A DNA stretch of 33,501 bases from Bdellovibrionota bacterium FG-1 (GTDB taxonomy: Bacteria; Bdellovibrionota; UBA1018): contig JBBCAW010000122.1 of assembly GCA_051382295.1 (NCBI GenBank), positions 1-33,501 on the forward strand, given 5' to 3'. The notes below the pieces were generated by a model. The model saw only the letters and a list, made by a program, of their open reading frames with translations, made no database searches and was not told where the DNA came from. Made by a program: the position numbers and the translations under genes. Every line of letters begins with the position of its first letter. Position 1 is the first letter of the stretch. This document shows, in pieces, positions 16,439 through 25,078 of the stretch.

Positions 16439-18325
16439 ATGCTTTTTCGAATTCTGCTCGGGTTGGCACTGACGGTCTCAAGCGCTACGGTTAGCATCCC
16501 CTGTAGGGGTGATTCGCTAGAGCTTTTGGACCGAGCGGTGCGGACCGCACGCACCCACGTGATGGCATCTAGAACCGATAATCAGTATTGGAATTTTCCA
16601 TCGTATTTGGGCACTCACTATATTTCGCAATATGTTTTGCTATCAAAATGGCTTTCGATTCCAAAATCACAACTCGATCCAGAAAGATTAAAGGACCTCG
16701 TTCTAAGAACCCAACTTGCTGACGGTTCTTGGTACGCGGTTTTGGACACCAACGTACACTCAGGTGACCTCAACGCCACCATTCTGAATTACTGGGCCCT
16801 CAAAGCGATGGGACTGGATCCCACTTCCACTCCTTTGGCGCATGCACGACAGTTTATTTTGAAACATGGCGGTCTCGAGAAATCCTCTCTTTTTATCAAA
16901 ATCGTGTCGGCCCTTTTTGGAAACTACCCGTGGAACTCAATTCCTAAGATTCCTTATGCGTTATTTGTGGAGTCCTCGCCTCTCAATTATCATCAGTTCG
17001 CCCAATGGGTGGGGCCCCATCTCATGCCGATCGCCTATCTGCGTGAGTTACGAGTTTTTAAAACCTTGGGCCCCGATTATAAAATCGACGAACTTTGGGC
17101 GAACCGTGACAGCCTCCAAAAATTTCGAGGTAAGCCGCTCAGCCGAGATCAACCCTCGTTACTTTCTACCCATACTCTTCTGATTAAAAAGATCCTCGAG
17201 AAACAAAGGCCCGGTGGAAGCTGGGGTGGGTATACCAGCGCCACACTTTTCACCCGAGTGGCCCTAGCGGATTATGTACAGATCACTCGCCACCTTGTCC
17301 CAGAAATCACGACTGCGATAGATAAAGCCCACAACTTCATCGAAGGCATGTTCTTCGAATCAGGGGATCAAGCTTACCTGGGCGTCGTCGATGATGGGCG
17401 AATCTGGGATTCCGCATTAATCGGTATCGCAGCCTTGGATTCCGGCGAGCCGCTGGACCAGCTTAAAATAACCGCTGATTTTTTAGTTTCCAAACAGACC
17501 CCAGAAGGGGGGTTCCCTTTTGGCTTTGACTTCGAGTATGCGCCTGACACGGACGACACCGCCGAGATTTTACTTTTTCTTTCGCGCTTTGGAAACGAAT
17601 ATCAGGACCCGGTTTCGCGGGCCAAAGACTGGCTTTTTCGGATGCAAAATAATGATGGCGGCTGGGGTGCATTTGACCGCAATAATACGGGCAACTTTTT
17701 GCTCGCCACGTTGGCCAAGGATTTTCAAGATTCAGCCGACTTGTTTGACGAAAGCTCCCCTGACGTGACCGGACACATTTTGGAAGCATTAGGGACCTTG
17801 GGTGATTCAATTCATCATTCAGCCTCAGTCGTGCAGGCCGTCGCCTATTTACGAAACTCCCAAAACCCCGTGATGGGTACATGGACAGGCCGGTGGGGTG
17901 TCAACTACCTTTATGGAACGAGTGCGGCAGTCGTCGGGCTCATCAAGGTCGGAATTTCGCCTGAAGATCCTATGCTTGTTCACGCCCTTCAGTGGTTGAT
18001 GTCCAAACAAAATCCTGACGGCGGATTTGGTGAAACCACACTTTCGGACATTGACGCCTCTCTGGCCGGAATCGGAGTCAGCACCGCGAGTCAAACAGCT
18101 TGGGTTCTCATTGCTCTTATTGAGAGCGGAAACATAAAATCGGCGGCTGCCACTCGAGCCGCCGATTATCTCGTGCGCGAGTGTTCGCCGCTGGGAGTTT
18201 GGAAGGATCAATCGGCGGTGGGCACGGGACATCCCAAAATCGTGTATATGAACTATCCTTCGTATCCTCATGCGTTTCCGCTAACGGCGCTGGCGCGGTA
18301 TCAATACAGGATGCGAACGAAGTAA
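16439..18325 (+). CDS. Squalene cyclase (SHC/STC family, tetrahymanol-cyclase-like) with N-terminal signal-like peptide
   Basis: Catalytic APDTDDTA; QW repeats (TQLADGSW, KQRPGGSW, MQNNDGGWGAFD, KQNPDGGFGE); GRWGVNYLYGT; STASQTAW; GTGHP...FPLTALARY. Confidence 0.92.
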   Translation: MLFRILLGLALTVSSATVSIPCRGDSLELLDRAVRTARTHVMASRTDNQYWNFPSYLGTHYISQYVLLSKWLSIPKSQLDPERLKDLVLRTQLADGSWYAVLDTNVHSGDLNATILNYWALKAMGLDPTSTPLAHARQFILKHGGLEKSSLFIKIVSALFGNYPWNSIPKIPYALFVESSPLNYHQFAQWVGPHLMPIAYLRELRVFKTLGPDYKIDELWANRDSLQKFRGKPLSRDQPSLLSTHTLLIKKILEKQRPGGSWGGYTSATLFTRVALADYVQITRHLVPEITTAIDKAHNFIEGMFFESGDQAYLGVVDDGRIWDSALIGIAALDSGEPLDQLKITADFLVSKQTPEGGFPFGFDFEYAPDTDDTAEILLFLSRFGNEYQDPVSRAKDWLFRMQNNDGGWGAFDRNNTGNFLLATLAKDFQDSADLFDESSPDVTGHILEALGTLGDSIHHSASVVQAVAYLRNSQNPVMGTWTGRWGVNYLYGTSAAVVGLIKVGISPEDPMLVHALQWLMSKQNPDGGFGETTLSDIDASLAGIGVSTASQTAWVLIALIESGNIKSAAATRAADYLVRECSPLGVWKDQSAVGTGHPKIVYMNYPSYPHAFPLTALARYQYRMRTK

Positions 18326-18326
18326 T

Positions 18327-18365
18327 ATGACGCAGGCCTCAACCAAAAGGTAGGGACTACCTTTT
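18327..18365 (+). repeat. 39-bp direct repeat, copy 2 (downstream of the cyclase)
   Basis: Identical to 16376-16414; begins after a single intervening base following the cyclase stop codon. Confidence 0.95.
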
Positions 18366-18369
18366 GGTT
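18341..18369. terminator. Perfect hairpin between convergent genes, possible bidirectional terminator or REP-like element
   Basis: AACCAAAAGGTAG-GGA-CTACCTTTTGGTT, 13-bp stem and 3-nt loop. Confidence 0.55.
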
Positions 18370-21367
18370 ACCGCAGCATCCGGTCACGCGTCTCCGGCGA
18401 GAGTTCAGCCGCAGGCTTCAGAATAATCCCCTTACCCTGAAGACCGTTCATGCGCGCCGTGATCGGCGAGTCCAGGCGCAGATGCCTGCTGAAGGTTTTT
18501 TCTTCAACCACGGGCTGGTGTTTAAGCCATTCCCAATCGATAAAACCTGACTCCGACATATCACTCACAGTAAAGTAGCCCACGCGTAACGAAGTAATGT
18601 TCTGAAAAAAATGAGACCCCTGCGAGGGCGCCACCGAAATGTCTTTGAAGCCAGCCTCGACGATTGCTGTCGCGCCCGAAATCTGGTCCCAAGTAATGGG
18701 GATACCCAGCCAGGGATCCAGGGAACCCCAGCGCCCCAGACCGATCAATAAATAGGGCCTTTTTTCGCCTACGAGCTTAACATTGAACTGCGTGATTTCG
18801 GCTGCAACCTGACGCGATACGGAACGCTCAAAAGTCTCCGGATCAACGAGCACAATATCGTAAATATCAGGGATAGATCCGTTACCTAAGATCTGCATAC
18901 TCTCGACGATCACCTCGCCGGCCTTAACACTCTCAACGTCGAGGGCCTCGCTCTCGCCACTCAAAACCATCGGACGCATCTGAAGAATCCCGAACTCCTT
19001 ACAATCCTCGGTGTTGGGCGACATATTGACCGCGAATTCAATCTCAACCGGTCCGCCCATTCCTGAACTTCCAATCTCAAGAATCTGATTAATAATCTCA
19101 GGAAGCGGAAAAATATCATGTTTGAGAACGGGTGCCAGCGTAACGATCCGTTGTCCAGACCTGGAAAGTCCGTCGTAAACGATATCGTTAGCGGCCGAAT
19201 AAGTCGAACCGGAATAAAAAAGCGGACCATCTTTCTCGGCTTCCAAAAGATCAAAGCGCTGGACGAGCTTGTCCTGCGCGGATTTAGTCGCATTCGGGAT
19301 ATCCGAAGAGACGTTCAGCGCAAAAAAATCCTGTTGCGCGTTCTGCATCGTTTCCCGGGCCGAGGAGAATTGAGGTAAATGCCGGGGATAACGCGGGCAA
19401 AAACGCACCGAATTGCCGCCATCTACCACCATTTGGCCCAGGCCCAGGGCAACCATCGCGATGCCGTCGGTGGGTTTTTGAGGGGGCGTGGGATAAAAAT
19501 TGTGAGACTTGGCCACGCCCGAGAAATCAGGATAGTAGCGACACCCATGGGGCGTGCCAACGATCCGCTGGATCACCACCGCCATTTTTTCTTCCTCGGG
19601 ACGATACTCGGTGGCGCGCATATAATCCTTAGCGCGCAAGAAAAAAATCGAGGCATAGACCCGCTTAATGCTGTCGAGCAATTCCTGAAGCCGAACTTGA
19701 GGATCACCGTCATTGTTCGGAAGCATATAGGTCTGATAAACACCGGCGAACGGCTGATATTGTGAGTCTTCGAGCAGACTTGAGGATCGAACCGCGAGTG
19801 GCTCCGTCACAAGCTCGAGAAACTCCCCCAGGCGCGCAATCACGTCGCGCGGAAACAGTGGGGCATTCAAAAATCGTCGAATAATTTCATCGTCGTCAGT
19901 TGCCGAGAGCGCGAAATTAACGAGCTGATTAGCCTCCATGAACTGATCGAACGCGTCCGTCGCCACGACTACGGCAGAAGGAACGAGAATCTCGACGCCC
20001 TTAAACCGCGAACGCATATCGTGACGTGCACAGAGATTTTTAACGAATCCCAAGCCACGAGCCTTGCCACCGAGCGATCCACCGCCAATACGGGCAAACG
20101 AGCTACGCCGGTCGAAGGTCGCTCTATCGAATTCCGTGATGATCCCTCGTGTGCGCATCGCGCGGTACTCCCGCAGCGCCGCCACCAGAAATTCTCTCAG
20201 GCCCTCGGCGTCATCGAAGTCACCCGCCTTGCGCGGGCGCAACCGGTGCGCCAAGCTGAACTCGGCACGCGCCTTGAGCCAATTTGAGAAGTGGTTACGC
20301 TCAGCGTGAAATACAATGCTCTCGACGGGTACGATCTTGAGCATATCCTCGAGAGCTTTGAGATTTTCGGCGCGGCCGACGGTCACTCCGTCCGATGTAC
20401 GGAAGACGAAATCACCAAAACCAAAATTATTGATGATGAAATCTCTCAGATCGTGCAAAAGCCTGGGCGAACCCTTATATAAAAATGAGGTATTAGCCTC
20501 GTGCGCCAGGGTGGCATTCTCCTCGTGGCTCGACTGCAAGAGCGCGGGAATATCGGCATGGATCGCGCGAACATTCTTGATAAACTCCAGGCCTGCATGC
20601 GGATCTTTGACACCCCCGTGCTTGAAATTCATGTCTGAAATAATACCCAGGATGTAGGCCGAATATTTTTCGTAATAAGCCCAGGCTTCTTCGTAGTTCC
20701 CACACACCAGGATTTTCGGACGCGTGCGCATCCGTAGGAACTTCAAAGTAAGATTAGCCCCTTCTGAAATCAAGCGCTGCGTTTGATTGATCACCTCGGT
20801 ATAGATGATCGGCAGATAGGAAGAGGAAAACTTCACGTTGTCCTCGATCAGGATAATAGCCTGCAAACCCGCCGTGCGCGTGTCATTCTCGACATTGAGG
20901 CGATCCTCGATCGATTTGATAATCGCCACAATCAATCGGTAATCGCCCATCCAGATAAAAATGCGCTCAAAGATGGACAGATCGTAATTGTACTTAAGAT
21001 TCCTCCGCTCATTGTTGTCGAACACCAACAACACAATCGGAATCTCAAAGCCCGCCTCCCGAATCATCTGCGCCAAACGCACGACGTGCACATCCTTAAT
21101 GTGCGGTGTCATGATAATCAGATCATAGCGGGTCCGGCTGAGTGCCTCCAAGGCCTCGCTAGCGCTGGCAGCGTGACTGACCTCGGGAGTATCAATCAGG
21201 TTAAGCCCTTGATATTCGCGACGCACCAGCTCGTGCAGCCGGCCCTCTTCCTCGACCAGGTACGAGTCATAAAGACTTGAAACCCAAAGCACAGTGCTCA
21301 CCCGGTGAGGGATCAGATTCTGGAAGCTCTCGAGCTGTTTGTCCTGAAGGTATTCAAATTTTTTCAT
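18368..21367 (-). CDS. Receiver-domain-containing PEP/pyruvate-binding (PPDK_N, PEP-synthase-like) protein
   Basis: Two REC-like segments (EALEALSRTRYDLII; IILIEDN...LGIISDMNF); GSLGGKARGL, PLAVRSSSLLEDS..FAGVY, EEEKMAVVIQ, VEIEFAV, LQMRP. Confidence 0.88.
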   Translation of the reverse strand: MKKFEYLQDKQLESFQNLIPHRVSTVLWVSSLYDSYLVEEEGRLHELVRREYQGLNLIDTPEVSHAASASEALEALSRTRYDLIIMTPHIKDVHVVRLAQMIREAGFEIPIVLLVFDNNERRNLKYNYDLSIFERIFIWMGDYRLIVAIIKSIEDRLNVENDTRTAGLQAIILIEDNVKFSSSYLPIIYTEVINQTQRLISEGANLTLKFLRMRTRPKILVCGNYEEAWAYYEKYSAYILGIISDMNFKHGGVKDPHAGLEFIKNVRAIHADIPALLQSSHEENATLAHEANTSFLYKGSPRLLHDLRDFIINNFGFGDFVFRTSDGVTVGRAENLKALEDMLKIVPVESIVFHAERNHFSNWLKARAEFSLAHRLRPRKAGDFDDAEGLREFLVAALREYRAMRTRGIITEFDRATFDRRSSFARIGGGSLGGKARGLGFVKNLCARHDMRSRFKGVEILVPSAVVVATDAFDQFMEANQLVNFALSATDDDEIIRRFLNAPLFPRDVIARLGEFLELVTEPLAVRSSSLLEDSQYQPFAGVYQTYMLPNNDGDPQVRLQELLDSIKRVYASIFFLRAKDYMRATEYRPEEEKMAVVIQRIVGTPHGCRYYPDFSGVAKSHNFYPTPPQKPTDGIAMVALGLGQMVVDGGNSVRFCPRYPRHLPQFSSARETMQNAQQDFFALNVSSDIPNATKSAQDKLVQRFDLLEAEKDGPLFYSGSTYSAANDIVYDGLSRSGQRIVTLAPVLKHDIFPLPEIINQILEIGSSGMGGPVEIEFAVNMSPNTEDCKEFGILQMRPMVLSGESEALDVESVKAGEVIVESMQILGNGSIPDIYDIVLVDPETFERSVSRQVAAEITQFNVKLVGEKRPYLLIGLGRWGSLDPWLGIPITWDQISGATAIVEAGFKDISVAPSQGSHFFQNITSLRVGYFTVSDMSESGFIDWEWLKHQPVVEEKTFSRHLRLDSPITARMNGLQGKGIILKPAAELSPETRDRMLR

Positions 21368-21538
21368 GAGGGCCCATTACATGACCAATAAACGTACGAC
21401 TAGGTTAGTACAGTTCTTCTAATATTTCTGTAATATAGCATGGAAAAATACAGCCAAGGGAGCAAATCCTATGTTAAGAAAATAAGCCTAAACGCAATCG
21501 CTTCACAACCTATTTGTGATCTTCAATAAGAGGGAGCT

Positions 21539-22891
21539 ATGCCTACAACATCTTCCGAGTATCTTAGCAAGATAGTAGCAGAAGTAAAAAAGAAGAACCC
21601 TTCGGAGCCTGAATTTCATCAGGCCATCGAGGAATTCACCGAATCCCTCCAGGTTGTGTTCGATCGACATCCCGAATATCGCTCCGCCAAAATCATGGAA
21701 CGCATGGTGGAAGCCGAGCGCATCATCTTGTTCCGAGTCCCTTGGATGGACGATCAAGGCGAAGTACAAATCAACCGCGGCTTTCGCATCCAGATGAATA
21801 GTGCCATCGGTCCCTACAAAGGGGGTCTGCGCTTTCACCCTTCGGTCACTCTCGGCATTCTCAAATTTTTAGCATTTGAACAGGTTTTTAAGAATAGCCT
21901 CACCACGTTGCCCATGGGCGGCGGTAAAGGCGGATCGGACTTCAATCCTAAAGGCAAGAGCGACAACGAAGTGATGCGCTTCTGTCAGAGTTTTATGAAC
22001 GAACTCTATCGGTTCATCGGCCCTGACACCGACGTGCCAGCCGGCGACATCGGGGTAGGCGGTCGCGAGATCGGCTATCTGTTTGGTCAATATAAACGCT
22101 TGAAGAACGAATTCACAGGCGTGCTTACCGGAAAAGGCCTCAACTGGGGTGGTTCCCTGGTCCGTCCTGAAGCGACAGGGTTTGGAGTGGTGTACTTCGC
22201 ACAGGAAATGCTCAAAAACAAAGGCAAGTCCATCGAGGGCATGACGGTCGCGATCTCCGGCTTCGGCAATGTCGCCTGGGGTGCTGCGCGCAAAGCCGCG
22301 CAACTGGGCGGAAAGGTCGTGACTATCTCGGGGCCAGACGGCTTCATTTATGACAAGGACGGCCTTAAGGACGATAAAATCGAGTACATGCTTAAACTTC
22401 GTGCGAGCAATCGCGACATCGTTGAACCTTACGCAAAAGAGTTCAAGGTTCCTTTCTATGCGGGCAAGCGCCCGTGGGGCGTGAAGGTAGACGTAGCGCT
22501 GCCCTGTGCTACCCAGAACGAACTGGACGAAGGTGATGCACGCGAACTCGTCAAGAACGGCTGTTTTTGCGTGACCGAAGGTGCGAACATGCCCACGACG
22601 ATCGCCGGTTACAAGGTCTTCCGCGACGCCGAGATTCTCTTTGCACCGGGCAAGGCCTCAAACGCGGGGGGTGTTGCAACCTCCGGCCTTGAGATGTCCC
22701 AAAACAGCATGCGCATGTCTTGGGGATCCGAAGAAGTTGATGGCAGACTTCATGAGATCATGAAGCGAATTCATGATAACTGCATGGAAACTGCAAAACG
22801 CTTCGGCACGCCCGGAAATTACGTCAACGGCGCCAACATCGCAGGCTTCCTAAAGGTTGCTGACGCAATGATGGATCAGGGGTTGGTCTGA
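21539..22891 (+). CDS. gdhA: NADP-specific glutamate dehydrogenase
   Basis: GPYKGGLRFHPSV, LPMGGGKGGSDF, DVPAGDIGVG, RPEATGFG, SGFGNVA, PCATQNE, NAGGVATSGLEMSQN. Confidence 0.97.
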   Translation: MPTTSSEYLSKIVAEVKKKNPSEPEFHQAIEEFTESLQVVFDRHPEYRSAKIMERMVEAERIILFRVPWMDDQGEVQINRGFRIQMNSAIGPYKGGLRFHPSVTLGILKFLAFEQVFKNSLTTLPMGGGKGGSDFNPKGKSDNEVMRFCQSFMNELYRFIGPDTDVPAGDIGVGGREIGYLFGQYKRLKNEFTGVLTGKGLNWGGSLVRPEATGFGVVYFAQEMLKNKGKSIEGMTVAISGFGNVAWGAARKAAQLGGKVVTISGPDGFIYDKDGLKDDKIEYMLKLRASNRDIVEPYAKEFKVPFYAGKRPWGVKVDVALPCATQNELDEGDARELVKNGCFCVTEGANMPTTIAGYKVFRDAEILFAPGKASNAGGVATSGLEMSQNSMRMSWGSEEVDGRLHEIMKRIHDNCMETAKRFGTPGNYVNGANIAGFLKVADAMMDQGLV

Positions 22892-23323
22892 TTAAAACCG
22901 CTTTCGAAAATCAGGATAATCGTACGGAAGTTTGCCAATCCGCGCCTTGAAATGCTTTTCTGCTATTAAGAGCATCAAGTCGACGTGGCAAAACTCCGAT
23001 CGATCACACTGACAGATCAGGAAAACGTTTTGACCATCAGAAGCGCTAGCCAAGCGTGCCAGGTGCGTCATACCCTCTTTGCTTAAGGCAAAGTCTTGTT
23101 CATATCCGGCTAACTGAAAGGCCTGATTTTGATGACCAGAGTGTTTCTTAAACTCGCGGTAACGCCCAAACAGTGCGGCATCAGGCGAAAGGCTATTCGC
23201 ATATTCGTCGATTAGGATTTTAGGCAAAAAGCGGGGATAAAGTCGCATGGCAACGACCAGGTACCCGTGGGACTTCGATACCTTTTCAGTTTTTACCTCG
23301 GCAATCGATGCACGGTCGAGCAA
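22892..23323 (-). CDS. DUF488/YeaO-like protein
   Basis: GGAGG RBS before TTG 23323 (ORF open to 23365); VAMRLYPR, LSPDAALF, LICQC...CH motif. Confidence 0.65.
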   Translation of the reverse strand: MLDRASIAEVKTEKVSKSHGYLVVAMRLYPRFLPKILIDEYANSLSPDAALFGRYREFKKHSGHQNQAFQLAGYEQDFALSKEGMTHLARLASASDGQNVFLICQCDRSEFCHVDLMLLIAEKHFKARIGKLPYDYPDFRKRF

Positions 23324-23388
23324 TTGATCAATCCTCCATTTGAAATGTCCTTGGCGAACCCGCATTTCTGGGGTGAGATGCCCGTATC

Positions 23389-24033
23389 ATGACATCACCT
23401 GAAAAAACCAGCTCCGGCATCATTTCGAAATCGGACTATCGCCGCGCCACCTGGAAAAACGGTCTGGGCTATACCGATGAGATTGCTATTTTCCCCGAAG
23501 GATCAGACCTCCGGCGCGGCGACTTTCTGTGGCGCCTCAGTTCGGCGCGAATCGAAAATTCCTCGGCTTTTTCGACTTTTCCGGCGCATGACCGCACCCT
23601 CGTGATTCTCAAAGGCGCGGGCGTTCGCCTCATCCATACCTTTGATGGAGAGGGCGAAGAAGACCAAGTCGACGTACCGCTGCTTTCACCCTATGAATTT
23701 CCGGGTGACGTCCCTAGCCGTTGCGAACTGATCTCAGGCCCAATTACCGACCTGAGTATTTTTATCCGCAAGGCTGAAGTCGAAGCCACTACTGAAGTGA
23801 TTGAAGTGGAAGTCGGTGAAACCCATGATTGGGTGCCTTGCGTGCGCTGGAACTTTGCCTTTGCGGCCAAAGGAAACTTTGAAGTGGTGACGACCCCAAA
23901 CCACCCCGCTCGCCCCCTCCCAGAGGGCGATACCTTTCGAATAGACCTGCACGCACCACTCCCAGAAAATCAACCCATCCGCATTCAGGCCTCCCAAACG
24001 GTAGGCAAGCTAGTGATTATTGGGTTGTCGTAA
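23389..24033 (+). CDS. HutD/Ves-family cupin protein
   Basis: YRRATWKNGLGYTDEIA, FLWRLSSA, FSTFPAHDRTLVILKG. Confidence 0.85.
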   Translation: MTSPEKTSSGIISKSDYRRATWKNGLGYTDEIAIFPEGSDLRRGDFLWRLSSARIENSSAFSTFPAHDRTLVILKGAGVRLIHTFDGEGEEDQVDVPLLSPYEFPGDVPSRCELISGPITDLSIFIRKAEVEATTEVIEVEVGETHDWVPCVRWNFAFAAKGNFEVVTTPNHPARPLPEGDTFRIDLHAPLPENQPIRIQASQTVGKLVIIGLS

Positions 24034-24267
24034 ACTGGAATTATCCAACAGCGGTTTAAATAAATACTCGAGCCCATTGACCTTAATTTCATAGACAATC
24101 GCCAGCATCGTTCCCAACTCTCCGTCCGGAAAACCCTGGTTCGAAAACCAAACGACGTAAGGTTCAGGGAGTTCGACGAGCAGCCGGTCCTTGTACTTGC
24201 CAAAAGGCATACGGGTTTGAATAAGTTTCAGCAAAAATTCTTGATTGCTCAATAAATTCAAGGACAT
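24010..24267 (-). CDS. DUF3820-family protein
   Basis: MPFGKYKDRLLVELPEPYVVWF..GFPDGELG..L..YEIKVNGLE. Confidence 0.85.
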   Translation of the reverse strand: MSLNLLSNQEFLLKLIQTRMPFGKYKDRLLVELPEPYVVWFSNQGFPDGELGTMLAIVYEIKVNGLEYLFKPLLDNSSLRQPNNH

Positions 24268-25046
24268 TTGCTCTTTTTAACCTTTTTTTTTCGAATTTTG
24301 ACTTTTTCTTCCGGGGCTGGGGCTGCTGCCTCCAACTCAATTCCAAAAAGTGCTGATAAATCACCAGATTGAATAGCCTTCTTGGGTCGAGCAGCACGGG
24401 TAGATACCGATGCAGCACTCGCGGCAGTGATTAAATCGGCATGATCTACATTTCGAAGTTCAAAAAAAAGCTCGGGCTTTTCATCTAAACGAGCCCCCAC
24501 GCCGTAGAGAACGGCCGCGACATGCTTACACATCATCGCACCATCGGGACACGAACAATCCAAGTCGATTTGCTCGGGGGCAGGAAAAAGGCCCCTTTGC
24601 GGGCAAGTAATGACTTCCATGACCCCCTGGGAAAGCTTGCCCTGTAGCAACTCGACCAGCGAATCAATCTTGCCCGAACAGTGATCAATCACGGCCTTCC
24701 ATCGCTTTTTTTCCAAGGCACGAATAGAGATTTTTACCGTGTAAATGGAAGACCCGCTCACCATGGCTAGGACTTCACCTTTTCCAACTTGCAGGTCAAT
24801 CACCGAACCGTTTCTCACATAGGTCCGGCCCCGTGGGAGGCGATTAGAGAAATCACTGTAGGCCTCCAGATTATTGCACCACGCCTTGCCCCAAAAAGTC
24901 CGCGCAATCGCGCGCCCTTCGATGTGAACTGGGTTACAGGCCTTTCCCTTCTTACGAAGACCGGCGACCTTTTTTTCAGCTTGTTTGCGCCGCTCGGCTA
25001 CCGAAACATAAGGTGCCCAACCGCCATAATATCCGCCTCTAGCCAT
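24258..25046 (-). CDS. SWIM zinc-finger protein
   Basis: NRLPRGRTYVRNGSV; CSCPDGAMMCKHVAAVLYGVG; follows the SNF2 gene. Confidence 0.9.
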   Translation of the reverse strand: MARGGYYGGWAPYVSVAERRKQAEKKVAGLRKKGKACNPVHIEGRAIARTFWGKAWCNNLEAYSDFSNRLPRGRTYVRNGSVIDLQVGKGEVLAMVSGSSIYTVKISIRALEKKRWKAVIDHCSGKIDSLVELLQGKLSQGVMEVITCPQRGLFPAPEQIDLDCSCPDGAMMCKHVAAVLYGVGARLDEKPELFFELRNVDHADLITAASAASVSTRAARPKKAIQSGDLSALFGIELEAAAPAPEEKVKIRKKKVKKSKCP

Positions 25047-25078
25047 GCCCCATTCCCCTTCCTTCCCCGATTTTCGGC

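Noticed and set aside
16376..18365. 39-bp hairpin repeats as a CRISPR array
   Set aside because: Only two copies about 1.9 kb apart, enclosing a whole gene; no spacers or cas genes.
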